Shown: positions 1 through 12,080 of the stretch, piece after piece | How the letters are laid out: every line of letters starts with the position of its first letter | Numbering within the stretch: the first letter of the stretch is position 1 | Source: Ginglymostoma cirratum | Lineage: Eukaryota | Reading direction: 5' to 3' | Assembly (NCBI GenBank): GCA_024137785.1 | Contig: JAHRHZ010000053.1 | Location: forward strand, 5,737,806-5,801,805 | DNA: 64,000 bases | Position numbers and translations under genes: made by a program | The notes under the pieces: generated by a model | The model's input: only the letters and a program-made list of their open reading frames with translations | Databases searched by the model: none | Told to the model about the DNA's origin: nothing

Positions 1-9
1 CAATGTAAT

Positions 10-2055
10 CAAAGAACAAGGAAAATTACAACACAGGAGCAGGCTCTTCGATGCTTTTCTAAACTATAAACCTTTTTCTCTACACAATCCAGTACCCTGT
101 GTTCCCTGCTGATATATATGTCTTTCACGATGCCTCTGAAAGGTTGCTTTTGCATCTGCCTCCATGACCTCCTCTGGCAGGGCATTCCAGGCACTTTCTA
201 ATCTGTGTATAAAAAAACGTTCTTTTCACACTTCCTTTAAACTTACCTCCCTTTACCTTAAACCCATGTCTCCGAGTAATTGACTTTTCTACCCTGGGAG
301 AAAGATGTTGACTGTCCATTCTATCCATGCCTCTCATAACTTTGTAAACTTCTTTCAAGCGGCCCCTCGTTCTTTGATGCTCAACTGAAAACAAATCAAG
401 TTTGTCCAATCCTGAAAGCTAATATCCTCCAAACCAGCTAAAATGTTTCTGTACTTTCTCCAAAGCCTCCTTACCGTTCTGGTAGTTTGGTGACTAGAGC
501 TGTACAAAATATTCCAAATGTAGCCTACGCTCTAAATAGCTGCAATATGCTATTTTTTATACTTTATGCCCTGACAGATGAAGGCAAACATGCCATATGC
601 CTTCTTGACCACCTTATCCACTTGTGTTGCCACTTTCAGGGAAATGCAGACCTGTACATTTAGCTCCCTCTGTTTGTTCATACAGGTTTCTGTCAATTAT
701 TGTGTACTTCCCTCTTGCATTAATGTTGCAAAATATATTGCCTCTCATTTGTTCAGATTAAACTCCATCTGCCATTCCTCACCCAAGTCTCCAACCTGTC
801 TATATCCTGCTATATCCCCCAGCAATCCTCCTCACTATCCACAACTCCTCAATCTTTGTGTCACCTGCAAAGTTACTAATCAGGCCACCTACATTCTCTT
901 CCACTGTGACCTGTGACTAAAAAGGATACACAGATTTTCTCACCTGCCTCCCTCATCATTTTAGAATAGATCCCATCAGGTTCTCAGGACTTGTCTATGT
1001 TAATGCTTTTCAAAACACCCACCATCTCCCTTTTTTGGTATTGACTTGCCTTAGAATATCAACATGACCCTCCCAAGACTCATTAACCACCATGTCTTTC
1101 TCCATTGTGAAGACCAATGCAAAGTGTTCGTTAAGGACTTCAACCACTTCCTCCAGCTCTATGCATAAATTCCCTCCTTTGTCTTTGAGTGGGCCTATCC
1201 TTTCCTGAGCTACCCTCCTGCGCTTTATACATGTATAAAACACCGTGGAAATTTCCTTAGATAACAAGGTGTAGAGCTGGATGAACACAGCAGGCCACTT
1301 TCTGAAGAAGGGTCTAGGCCCGTAACGTCAGCCTTCCTGCTCCTCTGATGCTGCTTGGCCTACTGTGTTCATCCAGCTCTACACCTTGTTATCTCAGATT
1401 CTCCAGCATCTGCAGTTCCTACTAACTCTGGGAATTTCCCTAATCCTGTTCGCCAAGGACATTTTCTGGCCCCTTTTAGCCCTCCTAACTCTTTGTTTGA
1501 GTTCTTTCCTTCTATCTCCTTTTACATTTTGACTAAGCTGTCTTGTCAATTCCTCATGCAAGGTTCCTGAATCTTGCCATCCTCATCCTTTATTTGCATG
1601 GGAACATGCTGGTCCTGAACTCTAATCAACTGGTCTTTAAAAGATTCCCCCAGGCTAGATGTGGTTTTATTTGCAAACAGCCCCCACAATCTATATTCCC
1701 ATTTCCTGCCTAATATGGTGGTAGTAATCTTTCCCTCAGTTTAGTACACTCACTCAAGGATGACTCATATCCTTATCTATAAGTAACTTAAAGCTTACAG
1801 AAATAGGTCACTGCTCCCGAAATGCTCTGCCACTCGATAACCTGCCCTGGCTCATTCCCCAACACCAGGTCTACTATGGCCCTTCTTTATGGGGCTCTTT
1901 ACATATTGTTTCAAAAAGCTGTCCTGGGCACCTAACAACTGCGACACCCACTACCCACACCCCCGCCTCTCCCCCACCCCCGCCCCACAATCCAAGCCCC
2001 CAATCACTAGTGATTCCCACTCAATATAGGGAAAGTTAAAATCAGCATTAGCCAG
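10..2055 (-). mobile_element. CR1-type LINE remnant (ORF2 3' half plus EN-RT linker, internally deleted), interrupted by a hairpin mini-element
   Basis: ORF 125..409 (LDLFSVEHQRTRGRLKEVYKVMRGMDR...RHGFKVKGGKFKGSVKRTFF) is the typical CR1 ORF2 C-terminus. ORF 1010..1288 (IKRRRVAQERIGPLKDKGG...LNEHFALVFT) is the CR1 EN-RT linker. Many stops and frameshifts. Confidence 0.9.
1260..1428. mobile_element. Fold-back PLE-derived mini-element (family A) with decayed hammerhead core
   Basis: Short inverted arm (1260-1297) plus forward copy. CTGAAGA-A-GGGTCTAGGCCC-GTAA-CGTC at 1302-1329 (GAAA mutated). Imperfect TSD tggaaatttcctta (1246-1259) / tgggaatttcccta (1429-1442). Confidence 0.85.
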
Positions 2056-2872
2056 CCCTTTTAAAGCTCTAGGACAAAGTCATCTGAAGCCAGAGACTTG
2101 TTTGTCTGCAGGTACATCAGTTTGCTTAGTAATGTCTGTTTTGTGATTGTAATTACACCAAGTTCTTCTCTCCTTTCCACATTCTAAATTACAACTAATA
2201 CTGGAGTTTCTTTCATCTTCTGTAATGAATGCAAAACCAAAATATTTATCCTTTTCATTCAATATTTGCTTGTTATTTGCTATTTACTGCTGATTCTCTC
2301 TCTCAAGATGACCAACAGACACCACTGAAACTTTACCTTTCTAAACACCTGAAGAAACTCTTGATATTGTCTTTACACTTCTGCCTTGTTTACTCACATA
2401 TTTTATTTTCTTTTTCCTCATTTAATATTTTTGTCATTATCTGCGTTTCTTTATATTCTGTCCAATCACCTGACCAGCCATTCTTCCTTGCACAATTCTA
2501 GGCATATTTCTTGTATTTGATGCATTTGTTAAGTTTTTTAGTTAACCATACATGGTGGATCTTCCCCTTAGAATTTTAGAGGCATGCATTTATTCTGAGC
2601 ATCCTGAAATATGCCTTAAGTATCTTCCACTGCTTCTTTATTTTTATCACCTGCTTAGAATTGCAGTTTGCTTTAGTGAGCTTAGCTTTCACGCCCACAT
2701 AGTTGCCCTTATTTACTGTTAAAAAGCTAGCCTTTGTTTCTAGTTTTCTTCCTTTCAAACTGAATGTAAAATTCAAACATATTTGTGGACACTGCTAAAT
2801 AACTGTGCCTATATTGCGAGATCTTTAATTAATCTTATGACCCTGCATAATACCAAATTGGAATGACCTATT

Positions 2873-3041
2873 GATAACAAGGTATAGAGCTGGATGAACA
2901 CAGCAGGCCAAGCAGCATCAGAGGAGCAGGAAGGCTGACGTTTCGGGCCTAGACCCTTCTTCAGAAATTGGCCTGCTGTGTTCATCCAGCTCTACACCTT
3001 GTTATCTCAGATCGTCCAGCATCTGCGGTTCCTACTATCTC
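2873..3041. mobile_element. Fold-back PLE-derived mini-element (family A)
   Basis: Inverted arms, perfect 14-bp TSD tggaatgacctatt (2859-2872 and 3042-3055), near-identical to copies at 1260, 45005 and 51070. Confidence 0.92.
2937..2964 (-). ncRNA. Minimal type-I hammerhead ribozyme motif (core intact)
   Basis: Minus strand reads CTGAAGA-A-GGGT(CTAG)GCCC-GAAA-CG-TC: full catalytic consensus, 4-bp helix II, palindromic ACGT in place of helix III. Helix I is weak and activity is untested. Confidence 0.7.
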
Positions 3042-3567
3042 TGGAATGACCTATTCTTTGGTTAGCTCCAGAACAGATTGATCTTGGAAATTACCTCAGA
3101 AACAGTTTATAAATGGGTGACCATGACAAATACGGTTTTTTTCATTTTATATGTAGATTATAATCACCAATGCTTATTGCCATTTTGTTATATCAAGCAC
3201 CCAATATTCCTCTTGTATACTCCTTTCTACATTGTGCTTACTGTTTTGGAGCTTCAAGGCCAATCCCCGAGTGTGTTTTTTTACTCTGCTATTCCTCATC
3301 TCTACCCAGTTTGAATCTTTATCCCAATCTCCTCAATCAGGCTCATCTCTAAACATTGCATTCTTAACTAGCAGTGCTCTCCACCTTTATGAGCTTGCTA
3401 TTCTTCCTGAATGTCATCAGCTCACAAGGACCCCTCATACAATCAATCATCAAACAACAGTTTATCGTAATAGTTAAAAAGTCACATTTATTTACTTTAA
3501 TATGCACTCTTAATTAATTTATTTATGAACTCAATGTGCATTCAGATACAGAGCCCTCGGATTGTTA

Positions 3568-3891
3568 ATAGAATCATAGAATCCCCACAGTGTGGAAACA
3601 GGCCTTTTGGTCCAACAAGTCTATACTGACCCTCACAGCATCCCACCCAGATCCATCTCCCTACAAGCCATCTAATCTACACATCCCTGAACACTATGGG
3701 CAATTTAGCATGGCTAATTCACCTAGCCTGTACATCTTTGGACTGTGGGAGGAAACCGGATCACCCGGAGGAAACCTACGCAGATACGAGGAGGAAGTGC
3801 AAACTCCACACAGACAGTCACCTAAGGGTGGAATCGAACCTGAGTTCCTGGCACTGTGAGGCAGCAGACCTGACATCCCAGCCACTGTGCC
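3568..3891 (-). mobile_element. HE1-like tRNA-derived SINE
   Basis: Reverse strand has A-box/B-box head (ggttcgattcc), the conserved 'tgtgtggagtttgcac' core and a CR1-like (ttctatga) tail. Homologous to 25262 and 47038. Confidence 0.9.
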
Positions 3892-5421
3892 GTTATCTTT
3901 GTAAAATTTACTCTTGACTGTTGCTGGATTCTGGGGTTCATTTCCTCTGTCCTTTCTTGCCACTCTCTGATGGTCATTTCTCAGATTATTATTTTGCTGG
4001 TGTGATGCCACATATGGAGGCCATATGTCCCAAAGACTGGTGAAGCATATCAAACAGTATATCCCTTTAGTGGTTTGCTACGAACAAAATATTGACCGCA
4101 TACAACCAGATGGTGCTTGGAAAAAGTGTCCAACATTGGATGCTAGTAATTGAACGTCATGAGTTGGATAGTCTTGAGTTTGCAAAAAATTCTGTTGACA
4201 GCCACTTTAAGATTGTCAGTCAGACTTGCAGTGCAGTGCGCTTGTGTTTACTGGAAGCTGTACAGACAGAAAAAAGCATGTATACGCACTGTGTCTGTTT
4301 CAAATCAACAAAATAAGTGGTTAGTCATTTTCTGGTTCATATCTCACGGTTAAGCTTTAACTGATCAGAGTTAGCCAGCTCGATTTAACATTTAAATGAA
4401 GCCCTGCATTCAACTGTCAGCCATCATTAAATAAATGGTGCATTCTCTATGGCAGCATCTCTTCCAATCAGATTCCAGCATTAATTGGCAATTCTGTGTC
4501 AATTTATAACAGCCTATGGTGACCTTTGTTTCATGAGCATATGCTGTTGATGATCTGTATGTTGGTTTCTTACCTGCAAGAATAGTTGCTACTGCAATTT
4601 AAGAAAACATTAATCTTGTTCATCTGTGCTGCAATGCAATTCTCAGCAGTTTCAGAACTCACTTCCCAAAACATAAAATTTTCAAAACTTCCCATGTTGT
4701 AGCTCTGAGTAAGAATTTTTAACAAGTATGTGTAGCAGAGAAAGAAATGTGAATAATCTAATTCTTGAGTTTCATCACCTGGCAAATCTGCCTTCAGTTA
4801 GATAAAGATAGAGGAACAGAGAATCCTGCTCATAAAGGAGTTTTTGGAGTAGGTCCAGATTTCAGTTTAATGATGATGTATGCATGCAAGATGACAACAA
4901 ATAAGTAACTGGAGCATTGAGCAGGTGTGAATTGATTTTGATTTATATGATGTGTCCATGTAAAGTTGGTGAGGTATATTTACATGCTTGGTCTTTATTA
5001 TGGTGACTGATGTCTGTGCTGTGTACATAACATTTTTCTACCTTTTGCACGCAAAACTTCCGGGATCACTTTTGTCATTATCCACATCCCGGACTAAAGA
5101 TCCTACAAATTTCTCACGGCAAATGTACCTTCAGCTCAACATCAGATACAGAATCCTGTAAACTATTGTTTTTCTTTCTCATGAACACTGGCAGATCCAA
5201 TGAAAACATGAACAGATTTCTACTTAACCAAAGCAAAGAAACATAACCTTACATTCACATTGCAACTTACACAACCTCACACTATCTCTAAGAAATTTAC
5301 ATCCAAAGAGGTACATTTGAAATATAGTCATTGCTGTAATGTTGTTACAACATTGAGTATACAAAGATCCCACAAATAGCAATGAAATAATAACTAGTAA
5401 TGGTAATTCAGTGATGCCTAT

Positions 5422-5645
5422 TCTGGTTTAACTGAGTTGACTGGATAGTTGGTTTGTAATACAGAGTGATGTTAACAGGATGAGTTAATTCCCTCATCTG
5501 CTAGATTTTCATGAAGGATTATCCTTTTTAAATGCTCCCCTTGCCTGAGGCTTAGTGAACCTCAAGTTAAGCCACCATCAGTGAACTCTGTCTAATGAGA
5601 CAGCAGCCCTATGGCCTGGTAAGGCTATGGTGACATTACCCTTTT
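5422..5645 (+). mobile_element. tRNA-derived SINE (old copy)
   Basis: tRNA-like head; alignable by eye to the copy at 63362-63560. Confidence 0.6.
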
Positions 5646-6262
5646 CATTAGCCAAACTGGCAGAAAACAGCAAGTTTCCTTTCCACAGTTGCCTAAGCTA
5701 ACTGGTTGGATTTACACAATACCAGTTATTGTTTCTTTCCACATTTTTTTAAAAACTGAATTCAAGTTCTCAACCTGACATGCTGGGATTTGAGTTCACA
5801 TTCTCTGGATTATAAATTGATGGTTCAGTTGTGTTATGTTGCATGGTCAGAATGTCAGTATACCTTTAAAAGACAAGCTCATGATATCATGCCAGAGGTA
5901 ACCACATTCCTGAATAAAATGTCTGAGGGATTCTTCAACACCACAAGATACACCTCCACGGAATTATGATATGGGAGATACATGACTGCATCATGTATAA
6001 TTCCCTTCTGAAGGCAAAATAACATCAGGCTCTGGATAACAAGGATAACACATCACACAGTAGAGCTACAGTGGTCCAGGGGCTTTTTGGTCCCTGTTTA
6101 AGAATACAAGATTGAAAAGAAGTGTCATTCCATTGCAATGCCCTCTGTCTCATGTTCCACCCAGCAGTCTGTCTACCGATATGCAAATTCAGAATTGGTT
6201 CCAATTCTCTTTGAAGTGTTTTAATGGAGCTAGTATTTACTGCACTGTGTAACAGTCGATTC

Positions 6263-6325
6263 AGTCAGTTTCTCTTTCCACAGATGCTGCGAGACCTGCT
6301 GAGTTTCTGCAGCATTCTTTTTTGT
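6263..6325 (+). mobile_element. Fragment of PLE-derived mini-element family B
   Basis: ccacagatgctgcgagacctgctgagtttctgcagca matches the arms at 8840-8890 and 50470-50505. Confidence 0.7.
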
Positions 6326-6439
6326 GACAACAATTTCAGGCTCGAATAAATATGTAACAGTTTGTGTGCAGTTTGTCGGTGTTATTGCACAACGTGATAT
6401 TACTATAGCAAAAAATTATTGTGGCTGTTACTGATGTCA

Positions 6440-6790
6440 TAGAATGATAGAGTATTACAGCATTGAAAGAAGCCCTCAGCCCATTGTGTCTATTCAGGTG
6501 ATCAAGAATCTATCTACTTTAATCCTATTTACATCACTTGGCCCATTGCCTTGTATACTATGATGCCTCAAGTGTTAATCTAGATACTTTTTTAATTGTT
6601 ATGATGGTTCCCACCTCTACTATCTTTCCAGGCCATACAATCTCTCTTCGTAGCTGATATGCTTCAGCCCTAGCAACTTGCTGGTGAATCTTCTCTGTAT
6701 CCAGAACAATCACATCCTTCCTGTAGTGCACTGACCCTCCCAGAACTGCACAGAGGATTCTATCTAGGGCTTAAGATATTTATATGATGA
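6440..6790 (-). mobile_element. CR1 LINE 3' fragment
   Basis: Starts with reversed CR1 tail (catagaatgatagag...) followed by decayed ORF2 C-terminal sequence. Confidence 0.7.
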
Positions 6791-7190
6791 CCTTTTGTCT
6801 ATGTTTTGAGTTAATAGACAGAAAAATGCTATATAAATACCTTAAACATTTGTTTACTAATATCTCCAATTTCTCTATGCACTGATGCTATTAGAGTTGG
6901 GGCTTGATAATTTCTTCCAAAAGGGAGTTCAGCTAACCATTCCTTCACATCTGGAAAGTGTTTACTTCTGGTTGCCATTTGAGATGAGGATTGAGTTCTG
7001 AGCAATCATATAAATTAGGAATATAGATTGAATTGAATGTTTACTGTTAACACTAAGAAGACAATACATAGCGATAGATTGTGGATTACTTTCTATGCTT
7101 TTCTATTCATGTTTACATTGAAATCACAACACTGCATCATCCCAACAGATGGCAGTATATGAAATGAGAGATCCTAGAATGAGACCTAGC

Positions 7191-7827
7191 TTGTGCGATG
7201 ATATTATGGTTTTAAGAGGTTTATTTTGTCATGTTTTCTTTTCATGAAGAAAAGTTGAGATACAGGTACTGATCAGTCTTCTCAGAGCCAATAAAGTAAA
7301 CAGATTGTGAGACCCAGGGATGTTTCAAAAGATGGAACAATAGAAGCAGCCTGAGTGGGTGGGGTTAAGCTCCCACAGAACCAGGATTTTTTTTAGTTCA
7401 GCTTTCATTAGCAGTTGATAGGGTCTTGAAGCTGGATATGGAAGCTTTAATTCCTCCCTCTGTTACAGATAAAATCTGGGGTTCTCTTCCTTTGGCTAGA
7501 ATTGCATATGAGATGATCTATCTCACTGAACTTATCTTTGCCAAAGGTATGTTTATGGGGTGTTGCTACATTGGAACAGTTACTGCTTAGTAGTTAAATA
7601 ATCTATGATTCTGTTGAGTTTTCCAATAGAGTCAAGTTATTCCAATTCTTTCTTTTGTTGTATTTTAACTATAGTGTATGAATAAAGTGTGTTTTGCTTC
7701 AAGGCTGGTAGTTTGACCAATTGCATTGCATTTGGATTGCAATGTCTGGCACTTGCCTTTAAATTGAGAAAAAGAGTTGAGGCTATCTTCTTAATATATT
7801 TTGAGCGGCTTTAGTCGGGTCCACAAT
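7191..7827 (+). mobile_element. Probable solo LTR
   Basis: ~635-bp block with approximate TG...CA ends, a (GA)-poor/T-rich U3-like part and AATAAA at 7681 followed by a GT-rich stretch. No coding content; TSD not resolved. Confidence 0.5.
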
Positions 7828-8679
7828 GTTTGAAATATCATATGTTTATTGTTTTTGGTTGGTTACCATAGTATTTAGTAAATGACACATATTCACATGA
7901 GGTTGCAGATGTTGGGAACAAAAGTTTATGACACAAAAGCATGAAAAATAAATCAAAGTTAGATTGATAGGAAGGTTAGGTAGATTGTAATACAAATAAT
8001 GAAACAAAGTTTCAAACAATTTCCAACACTATATTGCAGATACTCAATTCTAGCACAGTTTTGCTTCTAAATCAATTCTTTAACATCTAACTTAACAGAC
8101 ACCTCCCACTTTCATCTGCTTCAACGTCAGCATTGTTTTATAATTCCTTTTTGAGTCTGCTGGAATGAACTTTTCACAATTCTGATGGGCCAAACCTTTT
8201 CAGCTCTTCCATCTTGAACATTTCTATCCAAACTTTCTTTGGTTGGAAGCACCATAGAGGATAACATTTTGACTAGCTACGTCTAAATTAAAAATCTGAC
8301 TCCTGTGCTAGGAGAAACCATTTTTTTTTCCCATTTGAACTGAACTTCTGGTTTTCTGAACTGAACTTAAGAGCTAAAACTAATAAACTTCTGGTTTGTT
8401 GCAAACTCAGAACTATAATTATTCCATCCATTAACAAAACAGGGTTCTGCTATTACTTGACTGAAATCACAACAATCTTAAAGTTGATATATCTGGGCCA
8501 CTGTACCAAGTGACTTTCTGACCTGTTTTTAAAAAAAAATTTGCAGAATTGATTCACATCCATTTATCTCTATTTTAAAATCCAAGTCCCAACGTAGAAA
8601 ACATATTTAAATGGCCGTTAACACAGTTATTTAATGTGAAAGTTGAACAAAGGAATAACATGGAAAAATGTTTTTCTTG

Positions 8680-8895
8680 ACAAAAAAAAAGAATTGTGGA
8701 TGCTGGAAATCAGAAACAAGAACAGAAATTGCTGGAAAACCTTGCACGCCTGGCAGCATCTATGGAGAGAAATCAGAGTTAATGTTTTGGGTCTCGTGAC
8801 CTTTCTTCAGAATAGTTCCTGAAATGTTAACTCTGACTTCTCTCCACAGATGCTGCCAGACCTTCTGAGTCTTTGCAGCAATTTCTGTTTTAGTC
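8680..8895. mobile_element. Fold-back PLE-derived mini-element (family B) with CpG-decayed hammerhead
   Basis: Arms ~8720-8790 and ~8818-8890 are inverted. Minus strand near 8782-8810 reads CTGAAGA-A-AGGTC(ACGA)GACCC-AAAA-CA-TT. Confidence 0.85.
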
Positions 8896-10064
8896 TTTGT
8901 GTATTTCCTAAAATGCATAGATAAGAGTATTGATGAAGTTAAAAGCAAATTTGAAATGATTTGTGACATTTTTGACACTTTCAGGGATTGACCAAGTGAC
9001 AAGACTTCACAACAATTGTTTTACTTTTAGGTTTGGCCTTATTGCATAAATTCTATTTTCATCCAAAAGGTTTGAATACAATGTTTTGAACAATTAATGT
9101 GGAAGCTGATCTCTAGTCTTAGATATAAGTGTTATGCTGAAAGGCTGTAACAAATCTTGTTAGTAAGAAGTGTCAGATTTACAAATTGTTTCAAAGATTG
9201 ACTTGTCATTGTGCGGTTGAATAATTAGACCCAGGATACACATTTAACTATAATGGACATGACACATATACCTGCAGGACTCTGCCCTAAATGCTTACCT
9301 GAAATACAAGGGCATCATTGTCCATTGCTGGAACTTTCAGTCTGTTGCTGGCAGCAAAAGAGAACTTGATGTCTTCAATACATAATACTATTTTATAGCT
9401 GCTTTCTTTGATTAGCTGAGTGTTACGATATTGTGATGACCAAATGCCATCCAGTACCTACCCAAGTTATCACAAGATAGAATTGTTCAGCATTGAGATT
9501 AACAGGGTACCATGTCTCGGCTGGACCCACATACACAGTAATGCCTCAGAATTCAGTAGCATATTCAATTTATAAAAGAAAACCTATAATAAATAAAGCA
9601 ATATCATAAAACGCTCCAACATTTACAGCAGAGAAGGTAACCTTTTGATCCATCCTTTCCTGTCTAGCTGTTGGCAAGAGTGAGCCACCAAGTCCTATTC
9701 ATAGCTCCATACTTATTAGATATTTGGTATATTAGATTAACAATATTTGGTTTACCCAAGACTATCTTTCCACTGTTAATTTTATCCCTCAATTTTCCCT
9801 ATTTTATTCTAATGTTGAAGCATTAAAATTCCATATTTGATTAAATATACCAAATTATTTGAATTTAATTTGTTTTGTCTCTCGTTATTTTCAGCCTTAA
9901 TGATGTTGAGAATTATGGATCTTCACACATCAGGTAGGCTTCTGAATTAGGATAAATTTGAAATATTTGTGGAATTTTACCACTTTAGATTGATGGGCAG
10001 GACTCCTGTGTGAAATCAATTTAAACAATTTCAACCTTAGTGACTGCTCAACAGATTATACAAC

Positions 10065-10288
10065 AAAGGTTCTTGAGTTGATTTGTAGCTCAGGATGTGG
10101 ATATATATACTCCACTACAACGGAAAACCGGAAGTGAGGTAACCCAGCTCAATGGACACCAGAGTTTAAATAACAGGCAGGAAAACACAATAACGCTTCA
10201 TTAGAGGCTACACTGATGATGTTACCCAGCAGGGTAACGAAATGTCTGCAGACCAACAAACCAGCTTGGCGAGCCAACCAACCATAAT
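10065..10288 (+). mobile_element. Poseidon-type Penelope 3' end (pseudo-LTR) with inverted terminal piece
   Basis: Aligns with the 3' region of the PLE at 27756-28000 (reverse strand). TSD attatacaac (10055-10064) / attatacgac (10289-10298). Confidence 0.88.
10211..10250 (+). ncRNA. Minimal type-I hammerhead ribozyme motif
   Basis: ca-CTGATGA-T-GTTACCC(AGCA)GGGTAAC-GAAA-TG-TC-tg: perfect 7-bp helix II; palindromic ACGT changed to ATGT (CpG decay). Confidence 0.75.
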
Positions 10289-10939
10289 ATTATACGACTC
10301 TTTCGGTGTCAAAAATTACAGAAATGGCTTTTGTGGGAAAAGGTTTTCATGCACTGAATTTAAAAAAAATTGTCGAATAGTTGAGTATGCTATCTGAGTA
10401 AATGGTCTATTCCAATTTGAGAGGGATTAATCATAAAAGTAGAGGATAAAGTTTTGGAGAAACAAATTAAACTGGCATTGTCTTTTCAAAATAAGATTCT
10501 GTATGCTTGCCAATTCATTCCTTTTTATAAGGTTGGATAGTAGCCAATTTACACTTTCCAAAATCAGAGGTCTATTTTATACTATTGATTCCAGCAAATT
10601 GGTCACTATGATGAAAACTCCACATGCAATTTAAAAATGATGAAATTAACTTGAAGGGAGAAATAAATAATTGCTCAGGCATTGTTTTTTTTGTGATCTC
10701 AGTGTATTTCAAATTCTTTACGTACTTTATTTTTGAAGATGTTTGACAATACAGGACTTGACTATTGTTGAAAGGAAAGACATGATGCTCAAGATTATTA
10801 CCTTGTATTCATCAGGACAAAGGCAAGAATGCCGAATTACAATCAATTCTAACAAATTATACTACAGGAGAAGAGGGGACTGATTAGTTGATTTCATGTT
10901 GGCTCCATTAAGCACCTCAGCCAATCAGAATTGACTTAC

Positions 10940-11340
10940 ATTCAGAGGAATTGAGCACAAAAATAAGGAAGCCACATTAATTATTCAATTCTGGACACAG
11001 GATTTAAGATGAATAAGAGAATGCAGAAGAGAATTATTAGAATGGTACCAAGGATGCAGAACTTCAATTATGTGGAGAAACTGAAAACGCTGTTGCTGTC
11101 CCCTTAAAGCAAAGATGATTGAGGGGTAATTTGACAACAGTGATCCATTTCATGAATGATTTTGCTAGAGTAAATAAGGGACAATTGGTTCCAGAGATGT
11201 AAGTAAATTAGCAAAGGGATCAGAAGTGAGAAGAGGAATCATTGTTTTTAGAATGACTTGCAATAATCTGGAATGTATTGCTTTCAAAGATAGTGGAGGG
11301 TGAGTCAGAAGTAATGAATAACATTCAAGATATGTCAAAA
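10940..11340 (+). mobile_element. Old CR1 LINE 3' fragment
   Basis: Decayed ORF2 C-terminal sequence (gcagaagagaattattagaatggtacc...gatgattgaggggtaatttga). Confidence 0.65.
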
Positions 11341-11379
11341 TCATTTGTGCCATATAAGTGCCAGGAAAAGACCGTTGCT

Positions 11380-12080
11380 AGAAAGAGAGAATCTAACCAG
11401 TTCTCCTCGGCATTCAGTGGCATTTCCACCACTGAATATCCTACTTTCAACAGGCTTACCATTGACCAACAACTGAACTGGACTCATTGCAAATATGTTA
11501 TGACTGCAAGAGCAGATCAGTTGCTAGCAATTCTGCAATGAGAACCTTACCTCCTCACTCTCTAAAGCCTATCTACCATCTATAATGTTCAAGTCAGAAT
11601 TTTGATGGAATATTCTTTATTTGCTTGGAAGAGTGTACCTCCTACAACACTCAAGAATCTTGACAGTACCCAGGATAACACAACCCATTTGATCAGCACC
11701 CAATCCATTCCCTTAAACTCTGACATTCCCCATAATAGATGTACAATTGTAGCAATATATACATCTTCAAGGTCTACTGCAGCAATGTGCCAAGCTTCCT
11801 TCAATATCACCCTTGCAAGCACCTCTCCTGTATCACCTAGAAGGATAGAAAGAGCAGATGCATAGAAGCACCGTCACTTTCATGCCCTCATCCAGGAACC
11901 GTCCATTCTGACTGTGAAGTGCGCAGTTTTGATTCATTGTTGCTGGATTAAAAACTCGAAATATCCTTTCCAGCAGTACTGTAGGTGTACCGACACCATA
12001 CTGGCTGCTCTGATTATCGAAAGCAATTCACAATCACCTTTCAGGATAATTACAAAGGAGCAATAAATGCTTGCCTTGTT
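11380..12080 (+). mobile_element. Second LINE family (CR1/L2 superclade), 3' part
   Basis: Encodes degenerate QVRILMEYSLFAWKSVPPTTLKNLDSTQDNTTHLI and ends in gcaataaatgct. Same family at 12782, 15940, 20530, 33545 and 61410. Confidence 0.8.

Larger units (their letters stand above)
2055..3320 (-). mobile_element. Older CR1-type LINE remnant (endonuclease/linker region)
   Basis: Degenerate ORFs 2080..2262 (KYFGFAFITED) and 2576..2776 (NKGNYVGVKAKL...QWKILK) resemble CR1 ORF2 N-terminal segments. Confidence 0.7.

Noticed and set aside
1945-2000. C-rich tract / potential G-quadruplex (also G-rich 60443-60480)
   Set aside because: Low-complexity expansions inside decayed repeats with no evidence of function.
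2873-3041. Hairpin elements as DNA-transposon MITEs or miRNA precursors
   Set aside because: Arms are asymmetric and vary per copy, TSDs are long and variable, and the sequence matches a PLE 3' end. No expression evidence for miRNA.
3568-3891. tRNA genes at SINE heads (also 25262, 32325, 47038)
   Set aside because: A/B boxes are present but there is no complete cloverleaf, and they run into SINE bodies.
4574-4705. Minus-strand exon-like segment ending CAG|gtaaga
   Set aside because: Unrecognised peptide; such signals are expected by chance in 64 kb.
8060-8622. Second possible LTR-like block (also ~24800-25260)
   Set aside because: Could not define both termini or a TSD by eye.
9299-9458. 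Minus-strand open segment ending at a good donor (CAG|gtaagc)
   Set aside because: Acceptor lacks a polypyrimidine tract, peptide unrecognised and no partner exons.
10780-10820. Possible further hammerhead (gtcCTGATGA on minus strand)
   Set aside because: No GAAA box or pairing helix II remains; at best a very decayed relic.
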